A program made the position numbers and the translations under genes. Of a stretch of DNA of 64,000 nt, positions 39,440 through 53,800 are shown one piece after another. The notes under the pieces were generated by a model. It was not told the origin of the DNA, ran no database searches, and saw only the letters and a list, made by a program, of their open reading frames with translations. Position 1 is the first letter of the stretch. Every line of letters begins with the position of its first letter. Origin of the DNA: Eledone cirrhosa (lineage: Eukaryota). The DNA is taken from NCBI GenBank assembly GCA_964016885.1, contig CAXHJY010001288.1, positions 114,291 through 178,290 of the forward strand, in the 5' to 3' direction.

Positions 39440-39956
39440 TGCGAGGTACCTTACTTGAAGTATGACACAGGAAACCAATGCCTTATTACGAGGTAACTAC
39501 TTCAACTGTGATACAGGAAACCAATGCCTTCTTACCCGATATCTTACTTGAACTGTGATACAGGAAACCAATGCCTTCTTACGAGGTATCTTACTTGAAC
39601 TGTGATACAGGAAACCAATGCCTTCTTACGAGGTATCTTACTTGAACTGTGATACAGGAAACCAATGCCTTCTTACGAGGTATCTTACTTGAACTGTGAT
39701 ACAGGAAACCAATGCCTTCTTACGAGGTAACTACTTCAACTGTGATACAGGAAACCAATGCCTTCTTACCCGGTATCTTACTTGAACTGTGATACAGGAA
39801 ACCAATGCCTTCTTACGAGGTATCTTACTTGAACTGTGATACAGGAAACCAATGCCTTCTTACGAGGTATCTTACTTGAACTGTGATACAGGAAACCAAT
39901 GCCTTCTTACGAGGTATCTTACTTGAACTGTGATACAGGAAAGCAATGCCTTCTTA
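39440..39956. repeat. 47-bp minisatellite, about 11 copies
   Basis: Unit acttgaactgtgatacaggaaaccaatgccttcttacgaggtatctt. Confidence 0.95.
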
Positions 39957-40433
39957 GATTAAATTCTTATGGTAAGAAGATTCATCAGTTACCAATACCT
40001 ACTCCGTGTAAGACTCAGGATATCGTGGCTGATCGTGTACAGTCTCACATTGTGACTAGGGTATTTTCAAAGATTCCAGCTGAGTGAGAGGTGGATTCCT
40101 GAGTCAGGTGTAGACCGACGAGGGCACTTGGCATCTTGTGTTCTATTAGGAGTTCTCATGCTTACAACAGATCTAGGTGCCACCCGAATCCAATGTGAAG
40201 ACTGGCCTACTACCTTACTTTGTTATGGTTTGGAAAACAGTTTAAATCTACATGATAGTTCCAGTGAATGTAACTGAAAATGGTTAGGACAGAAGTACTC
40301 TGCGACAAAATCATTGCAAACTTCTTTAAGTAGCGCTTGAAGCAGAAAATTCCGGGGACAGAAATGCTGCCATCCAGCTAGTTGATAAATTAATATTATT
40401 CATATAACCAAATGGGTAGTGAATTGGCAGTAA

Positions 40434-40625
40434 TGGGTGGTGAATTGGCAGTATCGGCAGAGGGTCAGACGCCATGCTTTCTAGCATAGTTATGTCTCTT
40501 TATGATCTGAGTTCAAATCACGCCGAGGTTAACTTTGCCTTTCATCCTTACGGGGTCGATAAAATAAAGTACCAGTAATGTACTGGGTAATTGCTGGCCT
40601 TGTGCCAAAAAGTAGAAACAATTAT
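40434..40625 (+). mobile_element. tRNA-derived SINE, family A
   Basis: Family consensus match; first 20 nt duplicated at 40413-40432. Confidence 0.9.
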
Positions 40626-40752
40626 TAATATAACCAAACCAAGCGCTTTGCAAGACAAAGCAATTGACGAACTAAACTAAATCTATAACATATTTTTTTA
40701 ATGTATAAAACAGCTTTTTTGTGTATATTTGATTCTTATTATGTAAACGTAG

Positions 40753-41158
40753 TGTAGCAAGAGTTGCCTCCCTTATCACCAGTAGCGCTCTCTAGACAGG
40801 AAGTAGCTGGAGTTACTTCCCGCTGAGGTGGCAGAGCCTTCTTTGTCACTTCCGTCCAGGGAACCCTATAAAGGAGAGAGCTTTCAGCTCTCTCCCTCTC
40901 TTTTAACCTGCCTGGCCCTTCGGCCAGGCGCGTTCGCCGAGGCTATACTCTCTGGCAACCTGAACATGGTAATGTAAAGACCACTTGGTCTCTTGCGAGA
41001 TGACTTCAAAACGGTAATACAACTAACTTTAATTTATTCTTTCATCTCTCTTGGCATGTCAACTATTCTGCTCTACATAATTCAACCTTGTTAAATAAAC
41101 ATTGTACATACAACCGAGTGTTCCTGTTATATTCACACAACCCAGTGACACTGTTATA
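40753..41158 (+). mobile_element. Solo LTR (gypsy-like)
   Basis: tgtagca...tgttata ends; 4-bp TSD gtag; tataaa near 40867; aataaa near 41094. Confidence 0.65.
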
Positions 41159-41312
41159 GTAGATTCAACCCTTGTGGTTAATAAAGAAAGCATTATGTAA
41201 ACGTAGATTATCTAAAACGATTGTAAAAAAACAATTCCCTGAGTTTATTCTTTAAAGTTTAAAGGGTAATAAATATCGTAAGTGATAAAAATGAAAATAT
41301 GCATTGCGTTGC

Positions 41313-41562
41313 GCCTCCGTCGGTTTCGGCGACGACTATTCCAGTTGTTTTATCAACAGAAAAGCTTGCTCGTGAAATTAACGTGCATGTAGTTTAAGCA
41401 TTTCACAGACACGAGTACTTTTAAGGTAGTTCTCAGGGAGATTCAGTGTGACAGAGTGTGTGGTAAAGCTGGCCGTTTATTTGAATTACAAATACAATAA
41501 CATTTTGCCAGCTGAGTAGACTGGAGTAACGTGAAATACAATGTTTTGTTCAAGGTCACAAT
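41313..41562 (-). mobile_element. SINE family B, 5'-truncated
   Basis: Inverted homolog of 41890-42110. Confidence 0.8.
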
Positions 41563-41789
41563 TATTATATATAATGATTGCTTATTTTAAGATTCACTTT
41601 AAACATTTTCAAATGTCAATACTTCCGGTTATGATATAATGGACGCTATATTATATCGCTTATATAAACATTCATATATTTGCATCGTTATACCATAACG
41701 TTTATATTGCGTATGATATCAATATGTACACTAACATGTTAGCAGAATACCACCGAATAGATTCGATATATTGGTAGATGTAGTGAAAG

Positions 41790-42352
41790 TACGTGGTTTA
41801 GTGGTTAGAGTGTTTGACTCACAATCGTATGGTCACACATTGTATCGCTTTGACTCTCGCTGTTAGATTCCTGGACCAGGCGGTGCATTGTGTCCTTGAG
41901 CAAGACACTTTATTTCACATTGCTCCAGTTCACTCAGCCGGCGGAAAATAAGTTGTACCTGTAATTCAAAGGGTCAGTCTTGTCACACATTGTATTGCGT
42001 TGACTTTCACTGAGAACTACGTGAAGGGAGTACATGCCTGTAGAGTGCTCAGTCACTTATGCGTTGGTGTAATCAACTGGAGCACATGTCGTCGGAAACG
42101 ACGGAGGTCTAAAAGCAACAACAACATCAGCAACAATAGCATCAACAACAGCAACAACAACAACAACCACAACAACAACAACGACAACAAAAGCAATAGC
42201 AGCAACAACAACAACAGAAGCAGTAGCAACAACAATAGCAACCAACAATAACAACAGTAACAACAAAAATAAATAGCAACTACAACAACAACAACAATAG
42301 CAGCAACAATAGCAACACCAATAACAACAAAAATAATAGCAACAACAACAAC
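41790..42352 (+). mobile_element. SINE family B with (CAA)n tail
   Basis: gtggtttagtggttagag A box; tgtccttgagcaagacactt; CAA-rich tract 42113-42352. Confidence 0.8.
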
Positions 42353-42657
42353 AGTATTAGCCGATGGTTGTAGATGTAGAGTGCAGTTCTTTGTTCTCCT
42401 TTATGCTATAAATATAATATCTTTTGACAACAGTCAGTAACTTACTATAACAGTTCATCTAAAATTACAGTATCCCCCGATCTGTAAAATCTTTCTAAGT
42501 CTTTGGTCAAGGTTATCTTCCTTCTCGTCATGCAATACGATGTCTAGTGGTGAGAAAGCTGCTTAAAGCCAATCGCTGAGATTATAAAATATCATAAAGG
42601 TACAAATCCTGGTTGATTTCAATGACCTGCATGCTCACCATATGTAATTCAGTGATT

Positions 42658-42691
<34 letters not shown>

Positions 42692-42704
42692 ATGTGTGTG
42701 TGTG

Positions 42705-42759
<55 letters not shown>

Positions 42760-42872
42760 AGAAGTAGTAACACAACAGTTAGTTCACCATACCGAGAACA
42801 ATTGTTTCACCTTATGCGGATCTGTATATATATATGCGTATATACTTATATACGCATATATATGTCTATGTA

Positions 42873-42946
<74 letters not shown>

Positions 42947-43070
42947 TGCACACATATTTAAGAATTCTACTAATACGTTTGTGAGATTCAAATAAATCGA
43001 TTTTGTTTGCATAGTTTAACAGAAATGATACAACAACATCAACTACTACTACTACTACTACTGCTACTTA

Positions 43071-43117
<47 letters not shown>

Positions 43118-43196
43118 AGTAATAAAGTAGTTAAGTAATTCAAATCATACACATTGTGATGATAAACAACAATTGTCTTAATGACTCAATTTTTTT

Positions 43197-43385
43197 GTGT
43201 GGATTGCAGTATAGGCAGAGGGTCGGACGCCATGTTTTGCAGCATAGAGTTACGGCCCTTTATGGTCTGAGTTCAAATACCGCCGAGGTTAACTTTGCCT
43301 TTCATCCTTATGTGGTCGATAAATTAAAGTAGCAGTAATGTACTGGGATAATTGCTGGCCTTGTGTCAAAAGTAGAAACAACTAT
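43197..43385 (+). mobile_element. tRNA-derived SINE, family A
   Basis: Family consensus match. Confidence 0.85.
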
Positions 43386-43389
43386 TAAC

Positions 43390-44110
43390 AATGTAATGCA
43401 TTTGGGAATGAATCTGATCAGTGGCAGTATAGAGACAACTCTGGACATGTTTCAGTTTGAATATGTCTCATCATCGAATTGTTGTTTAACCGTATTGCCA
43501 ATCTTAGAAGAAGATATAAGACCAGAGCAGATATAAGAATTTCCTGCACGAACAATGATGGCGTGATGCGGGAATTGTTCTTCAATTATTTTTTTTTAGA
43601 AAGATTTAAATGTTCATTTAATTTGTCTTTAAGTAAGTTTTATTTCGTTGTAATAAATGAACTGGATATGATGGTTTGTTCATTTAACGTATTAGCATGC
43701 CAAATGCTGTCGAAGATTCCTTGTTTAAAACCAATAGCATTGTAGCTCATGGTTATGTGTCTTGGAAATAAGTTGTTATAATAAGGATGATTATTTGTAT
43801 TACCACAGATTTCAATGTGATTCAGAAAAATTGCACATTTTTCTCGGTTTTAATGGCAGAAGGGTTTTTATGTTTTATGTTTATGAATTCCATTTAGGAG
43901 AAAATGGAATTCATATAATTGAAGTGAACACCAACATTAGAATAGGAATTGTTGCTTTGTTAAAAATGTTTAGTAATTTCCTGTTTGAATGCAATATTGC
44001 ATGACGAGTGGGTGGAAATGCCTGTTGAAATTTGTCGTCATAACTTCAATATATGTCTAATGATTACTGTTAGGTAAAACATAGAATTCTTCCATCTTCA
44101 CCATACGTAG
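43390..44110 (-). pseudogene. Possible highly decayed DNA-transposase fragment
   Basis: Coding-like pieces GEDGRILCF and LLNIFNKATIPI loosely recall CGGBP/hAT-like proteins; weak. Confidence 0.25.
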
Positions 44111-44829
44111 CTGAAAAAAAGTTCCTAATATCATTTCACTATCTATCGATTTGATTGTCAGATTACGAATGGTTGGATCAAAGGATACACACTATCGCTC
44201 TTGGAAATTGGCAAGCCTTTCTTTCACTTATCCATGTTCTATTGATGCATGTTTAGTAAAGCTTCAATAGAAAGGCATCTCCAAGCTTAGAGAAGCAGCT
44301 TCGAGTTTTTGCGAAGCTCAGAAAGGCACCTTCAGCCCCAGAGAGGCACCTTCAACCACACAGAGGCATCTTGAATCCCAGATAGGATCTCCAAATAAGG
44401 AGTTAAACATTTATTTCTAGAAGAGATAAATAAGTTATCTTACTCTAGTATGTTGTACACTGAATTCGTCGCATAAATATTCACCAGTACATGACACGAG
44501 CCACATGAGGCTTTAATATATGGTATTAGTGATACACTCAAAAGGCTGCCAGTTTCATAGACATTGGCAAAGGCATGTATTCGCCAGTTTGCTTCAATAC
44601 CAGATGTCCTTAAATGGGACACGAACACTGCTCCTTCTCCTCTGCCCTTCCGCCATTAAAAACCCAATTTACAAAGACCGTGCTACTGCGTATGCTTTAA
44701 GCTTAGAAGAAATCTTAAATACAGTATCATTGTTAGCCAGTTATAATGAATGAAAGATGGAGCTGTAGAGATGGTGAGAACTAGGAATAATAGAAAAACA
44801 AGACAACATTAAACAGAGATAAACAACTA

Positions 44830-47800
44830 GTATATATAGGACTAGACTCTATCACTGTCAGATATATGACAGATATATAGAACTAAAGTCTATTACTATC
44901 AGATATAGGACTAGACTCTATCACTGTCAGATATATCACAGATATATAGGACTAGAGTCTATCACTGTTAGATATATGACAGATATATAGGACTAGACTA
45001 TATCAATATGAGATATATGACAGATATATAGCACTAGACTCTATCACTGTAAGATATATGACAGATATATAGGACTAGACTCTATCACTGTTAGATATAT
45101 GACAGACATATAGGACTAGACTCTATCACTGTCAGATATATGACAGATATATAGGACTAGACTCTATCACTATGAGATATATGACAGATATATAGGACTA
45201 GACTCTACCACTATCAGATATATGACAGATATATAGGACTAGACTCTATCACTATCAGATATATTACAGATATATAGGACTAGACTCTATCACTGTCAGA
45301 TATATGACAGATATATAGGACTAGACTCCATCACTGTCAGATATATGACAGATATATAGGACTAGACTCTATCACTATGAGATATATGACAGATATATAG
45401 GACTAGACTCTATCACTATGAGATATATGTCAGATATATAGGACTAGACTCCATCACTGTCAGATATATGACAGACATATAGGACTAGACTCTATCACTA
45501 TGAGATATATGAAAGATATATAGGACTAGACTCTATCACTATGAGATATATGAAAGATATATAGGAATAGACACTATCACTATCTGATATATGACAGATA
45601 TATAAGACTAGACTCTACCACTGTCAAATATATGACAGATATATAGGACGAGACTCTATCACTGTCAGATATATGACAGATATATAGGACTAGACTCTAT
45701 CACTGCCAGATATATGACAGATATATAGGACTAGACTCTATCACTATCAGATATATGACAGATATATAGGACTAGACTCTATCACTATCAGATATATGAC
45801 AGATATATAGGACTAGACTCTATCACTATCAGATATATGACAGATATATAAGACTAGACACTATCACTATCAGATATATAGGACTAGACTCTATCACTGT
45901 CAAATATATGATAGATATATAGGACTAGACTCTATCACTGTCAGATATATGATAGATATATAGGACTAGACTCTATAAATGTTAGATATATGACAGATAT
46001 ATAATACTAGACGCTATCACTGTTATATATATGACAGATATATAGGTCAAAGACTCTATCACTATGAGATATATGACAGATATATAAGACTAGAATCTAT
46101 CACTGTTAGATATATGACAGATATATAGGACTAGATTCTATCACTGTCAGATATATGACTGATATATAAGACCAGACGCTACCACTGTCAGATATATCAC
46201 CGATATATAGGACTAGACTCTATCACTGTCAGATATATGACCGATATATAGGACTAGACTCTGTCACTGTTAGATATAGGACTAGACTCTATCAATGTTA
46301 GATATATGACAGATATATAGGACTACACTTTATCACTGTTAGATATATGACAGATATAAAGGACTAGTCTCTATCACTGTTAGATATATGACAGATATAT
46401 AGGACTAGACTCCATCACTCTTAGATATATGACAGATATATAGGACTAGACTCTACCACTGTCAGATATATGACAGATATATGACAAATATATAGGACTA
46501 GACACTATCACAGTTAGATATATGACAGATATACAGGACTAGATTCTATCATTGTCAAATTTTTGACAGATATATAAGACTCGTCTCTATCACTGTTAGA
46601 TATATGACAGATCTGTAGGACTAGACTCTATCTCTGTTATATATATGACAGATCTGTAGGACTAGACTCTATCTCTGTTATATATATGATAGATATATAG
46701 GACTAGACTCTATCACTGTCAGATTTATAACAGATATATAGGACTAGACTCTATCACTTTTAGATATATGACAGATATATATGACTAGACTCTATCACTG
46801 CCAGATATATGACTGATATATAAGACCAGACTCTACCACTGACAGATATATGACAGATATATAGGACTAGAGTCTATCATTGTCAGGTATATGACAGATA
46901 TATAGGACTAGACTCTATCACTGTCAGATAGATGACAGATATTTAGGACTAGACTGTATCACTGTTAGATATATGACAGATATATAGGACTAGACTCTAT
47001 CACTATCAGATATATTACAGATATATAGGACTAGACTCTATCACTGTCAGATATATGACAGATATATAGGACTAGACTCCATCACTGTCAGATATATGAC
47101 AGATATATAGGACTAGACTCTATCACTATGAGATATATGACAGATATATAGGACTAGACTCATTCACTATGAGATATATGTCAGATATATAGGACTAGAC
47201 TCCATCACTGTCAGATATATGACAGACATATAGGACTAGACTCTATCACTATGAGATATATGAAAGATATATAGGACTAGACTCTATCACTATGAGATAT
47301 ATGAAAGATATATAGGAATAGACACTATCACTATCTGATATATGACAGATATATAAGACTAGACTCTACCACTGTCAAATATATGACAGATATATAGGAC
47401 TAGACTCTATCACTGTCAGATATATGACAGATATATAGGACTAGACTCTATCACTGCCAGATATATGACAGATATATAGGACTAGACTCTATCACTATCA
47501 GATATATGACAGATATATAGGACTAGACTCTATCACTATCAGATATATGACAGATATATAGGACTAGACTCTATCACTATCAGATATATGACAGATATAT
47601 AAGACTAGACACTATCACTATCAGATATATAGGACTAGACTCTATCACTGTCAAATATATGATAGATATATAGGACTAGACTCTATCACTGTCAGATATA
47701 TGATAGATATATAGGACTAGACTCTATAAATGTTAGATATATGACAGATATATAATACTAGACGCTATCACTGTTATATATATGACAGATATATAGGTCA

Positions 47801-50800
47801 AAGACTCTATCACTATGAGATATATGACAGATATATAAGACTAGAATCTATCACTGTTAGATATATGACAGATATATAGGACTAGATTCTATCACTGTCA
47901 AATATATGACTGATATATAAGACCAGACGCTACCACTGTCAGATATATCACCGATATATAGGACTAGACTCTATCACTGTCAGATATATGACCGATATAT
48001 AGGACTAGACTCTGTCACTGTTAGATATATGACAGATATATAGGACTAGACTCTATCAATGTTAGATATATGACAGATATATAGGACTACACTTTATCAC
48101 TGTTAGATATATGACAGATATAAAGGACTAGTCTCTATCACTGTTAGATATATGACAGATATATAGGACTAGACTCCATCACTCTTAGATATATGACAGA
48201 TATATAGGACTAGACTCTACCACTGTCAGATATATGACAGATATATGACAAATATATAGGACTAGACACTATCACAGTTAGATATATGACAGATATACAG
48301 GACTAGATTCTATCATTGTCAAATTTTTGACAGATATATAAGACTCGTCTCTATCACTGTTAGATATATGACAGATCTGTAGGACTAGACTCTATCTCTG
48401 TTATATATATGACAGATCTGTAGGACTAGACTCTATCACTTTTAGATATATGACAGATATATATGACTAGACTCTATCACTGTCAGATATATGACTGATA
48501 TATAAGACCAGACTCTACCACTGACAGATATATGACAGATATATAGGACTAGAGTCTATCATTGTCAGGTATATGACAGATATATAGGACTAGACTCTAT
48601 CACTGTCAGATAGATGACAGATATTTAGGACTAGACTCTATCACTTTTAGATATATGACAGATATATATGACTAGACTCTATCACTGTCAGATATATGAC
48701 TGATATATAAGACCAGACTCTACCACTGACAGATATATGACAGATATATAGGACTAGAGTCTATCATTGTCAGGTATATGACAGATATATAGGACTAGAC
48801 TCTATCACTGTCAGATAGATGACAGATATTTAGGACTAGACTGTATCACTGTTAGATATATGACAGATATATAGGACTAGACTCTATCACTGTCAGATAT
48901 ATGACAGATATATAGGACTAGACTCTATCACTATGAGATATATGACAGATATATAGGACTAGATTCTATCAATGTTAGATTTTTGACAGATATATAAGAC
49001 TAGACTCTATCACTGTTAGATATATGACAGATCTGTAGGACTAGACTCTATATCTGTTATATATATGACAGATATATAGAACTAGACTCTATCACTGTCA
49101 GATATATGACAGATATATATAGGACTAGACACTATCACTGTCAGATATATGACAGATATATAAAACTAGTCTCTATCACTGTCAGATATATGACAGATAT
49201 ATAAGTCTAGACTCTATCACTATCAGATTTATGACAGATATGTAGGACTAGACTCTATCACTGTTAGATATATGACATGTATATAGGACTAGACTCTATC
49301 ACTATCAGATATATGACAGATATGTAGGACTAGACTCTATCACTGTCAGATATATGAAAGATATATAGGACTAGACTCTATCACTGTTAGATATATGACA
49401 GATATATAAGACTAAACGCTCTCACTGTCAGATATATGACAGACATATAGGACTAGTGTCTATCACTGTCAGATATGACAGATATATAGGACTAGACTCT
49501 ATTACTGTTAGATATTCGATAGATATATGACAGATATATAGGACTAGACTCTATCACTGTTAGATATATGACAGATATATAGGACTAGACTCTGTCACTG
49601 ATAGATATCGGACAGATTTATAGGACTAGACTCTATCTCTGTTCAGATATATGACAGATATATAGGAGAAGACTCTATCTCTGTCAGATATATGACAGAT
49701 ATATGGGAATAGACTCTATCATTGTCAGATCTTTGACAGATATATAAGACTAGTCTCTATCACTGTTTGATATATGACAGATCTGTAGGACTAGACTCTA
49801 TCTCTGTTATATATATGACAGATATATAGGACTAGACTCTATCACTGTCAGATATATGACAAATATAGAGGACAACACTCTATCACTATCAGATATATGA
49901 CAGATATATCGGACTAGACTCTATCACTATGAGATATATGACAGATATATAGTACTACACTCTATCACTATCAGGTATATGACAGATATATTGGACTAGA
50001 CTCTATCACTGTTAGATTTATGACAGATATATAAGACTAGAATCTATCACTATCAGATATGCGACAGATATATGAGACTAAACTCTATCAATGTCAGATA
50101 TATGACAGACATATGGAACTAGTCGCTATCACTGTCAGATATATGACAGATATATAGGACTAGACTCTATCACTGTTAGATATATGACAGATATATGGGA
50201 CTAGACTCTAACACTGTTAGAAAGATGACAGATATATAGGACTAGACTCTATCACTATCAGATATATGACAGATATATAGGACTAGACTCTCTCACTGTT
50301 AGATATATGACAGACATATAGGACTAGTGTCTATCACTGTCAGATGTGACAGATATAGAGGACTAGACTCTATCACTGTTAGATATATGACAGATATATA
50401 GGACTAGACTCTATCACTGTCAGATATATGACAGATATATAGGTTTAGACTCTATCGCTTTTAGATATATGACAGATATATAGCACTAGAGTCTATCACC
50501 GTCAGGTATATGACAGATAAATAGGACTGGGCTCTATCACTGTTAGATATATGACAAATATATAAGACCAGACTCTATCACTGTTAGATATATGACAGAT
50601 ATATAGGACTAGACTATATCACTGTTAGTTATATGACAGATATATAGGACTAGTGTCTATCACTGTCAGATGTGACAGATATATAGGACTAGACACTATC
50701 ACTGTTAGATATATGACAGATATATGACAAATATATAGGACTAGACACTATGAAAGTTAGATATATGACAGATATACAGGACTAGACTCTATCATTGTCA

Positions 50801-53800
50801 GATCTTTGACAGATATATAAGACTCGTCTCTGTCACTGTTAGATATATGACAGATATGTAGGACGAGAGACTATCTCCGTTGTATATATGACAGATATAT
50901 AGGACTAGACTCTATCACTATCAGATATATGACAGATATATAGGACTTGACTCTATCACTATCAGATATATGACAGATATATAGGACTAGACTCTCTCAC
51001 TGTTAGATTTATGACAGATATATTGGATTAGACTCCATCACTGTTAGTTATATGACAGATATATAGGACTAGACTCTATCACTGTCAGATATATGGCCGA
51101 TATATAGAACTAGACTCTATCACTGTCAGATTTATAACACATATGTAGGACTAGACTCCATCACTGTCAGATATATGACAGATATATAGGACTAGACTCT
51201 ATCAATGTTAGATATATGACAGATATATAGAACTAGACTCTACCACTGTCAGATATATGACAGATATATAGGACTAGACTCTATCACTGTCAGATTTATA
51301 ACAGATATGTAGGACTAGACTCTATCACTGTTAGATATATGACAGATATATAGGACTAGACTCTATCACTGTCAGATATATGACAGATATATAAGACTAG
51401 ACTCTACCACTGTCAGATATATGACCGATATATAGAACTAGACTCTATCACTGTCAGATATATGACAGATATATAGGACTAGACTCTATAAATGTTAGAT
51501 ATATGACAGATATATAGGACTAGACTCTCATCTCTGTCAGATATATGACAGATATATAGGATTAGACTCTATCACTGTCAGATATATGACAGATATATAG
51601 GACTAGACTCTATCACTGACAGATATATGACAGATATATAGGACTAGACTCTATCACTGACAGATATATGACAGATATATAGGACTAGACTCTATCACTA
51701 TGAGATATATGACAGATATATAAGACTAGTATCTATCACTGTTAGATATATGACAGATATATAGGACTAGACTCTATCACTGACAGATATATGACAGATA
51801 TATAGGAATAGACTCTTTCACTATCCGATATATGACAGATATATAGGACTAGACTTTATCTCTGTCAGATATATGACAGATATATAGGACTAGACTCTAT
51901 CACTATCAGATATATGACAGATATATAGGATTAGACTCTACCACTGTCCGATATATGACAGATATATAGGACTAGACTCTCTCACTGTTAGATATATGAC
52001 AGATATATGACAAATATATAGGACTAGACACTATCACAGTCAGATATATGACAGATATACAGGACTAGACTCTCTCATTGCCAGATTTTTGACAGATATA
52101 TAAGACTCGTCTCTATCACTATTATATATATCACAGATCTGTAGAACTAGACTCTATCTCTGTTATATATATGACAGATATATAGAACTAGATTCTATAA
52201 CTAAGAGATATATGACAGATATATAAGACTAGACTCTATCACTATCAGATATATAGGACTAGACTTTATCTCTGTCAGATATATGACAGATATATAAGAC
52301 TAGACTCTATCACTATCAGATATATGACAGATATATAGGACTAGACTCTAACACTGTCAGATATATGACAGATATATAGCCCTAGACTCTATCACTGTTA
52401 GATATATCACAGATATATAGGCCTAAACTCTCTCACTGTTAGATATATGACAGATATATAGGACTAGACTCTCTCACTGTCAGATATATGACAGATATGT
52501 AGAACTAGACTCTCTCACTGTCAGATATATGACAGATATATAAGACTAGACTCTATCACTGTGAGATGTATGACAGATATATAGGTCTAGACTCTTTCAT
52601 TGTCAGATATATGACAAATATATAGGACTAGACACTATCACATTTAGATATATGACAGATATACGGGAATAGACTCTATCGTTGTCAGATCTTTGACAGA
52701 TATATAAGACTAGTCTGTATCACTGATTGATATATGACAGATCTGTAGGACTAGACTCTATCTCTGTTATATATATGACATATATATAGGACTAGACTCT
52801 ATCTCTGTTATATATATGACAGATATATAGGATTAGACTCTATCACAGTCAGATATATGACAGATATATAGGACAACACTCTATCACTATCAGATATATG
52901 ACAGATATATAGGACTAGACTCTATCACTATGAGATATATGACAGATATATAGTACTACACTCTATCACTATCAGATATATGACAGATATATAGGACTAG
53001 ACTCTATCACTGTAAGATATATGACAGATATATAGGACTAGACTCTATCACTATGAGATATATGACAGATATATAGGAGAAGACTCTATCACTGTCAAAT
53101 ATATGACAGATATATAGAACTAGACTCTATCACTGTCAGATATATGACAGATATATAGGACTAGACTCTATCGCTGTCAGATATATGACAGACATATAGG
53201 ACTAGTGTCTATCACTGTCAGATGTGACAGATATATAGGACTAGACTCTATCACTGTTAGATATATGACAGATATATAGGATTAGACACTATCTCTGTCA
53301 GATATATGACAGATATATAGGACTAGACACTATCACTGTTAGATATATGACAGATATATAGGACTACACTCTCTCACTGTTAGATGTATGACAGATATAT
53401 GACAAATATATAGGACTAGACACTATCAAAGTTAGATATATGACAGATATACAGGACTAGACTCTATCATTGTCAGATCTTTCACAGATATATAAGACTC
53501 GTCTCTATCACTGTTAGATATATGACAGATCTGTAGGACTAGACTCTATCTCTGTTTTATATATGAGAGATATATAGGACTAGACTCTATCACTATCAGA
53601 TATATGACAGATATATAGGACTAGACTCTATCACTATCAGATATATGACAGATATATAGGACTAGACTCTGTCACTGTTAGATTTATGACAGATATATTG
53701 GATTAGACTCCATCACTGTTAGTTATATGACAGATATATAGGACTAGACTCTATCACTGTCAGATATATGGCCTATATATAGAACTAGACTCTACCACTG

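Noticed and set aside
39985-40380. Possible Tc1 transposase C-terminal remnant on the minus strand
   Set aside because: Similarity too faint to support by eye.
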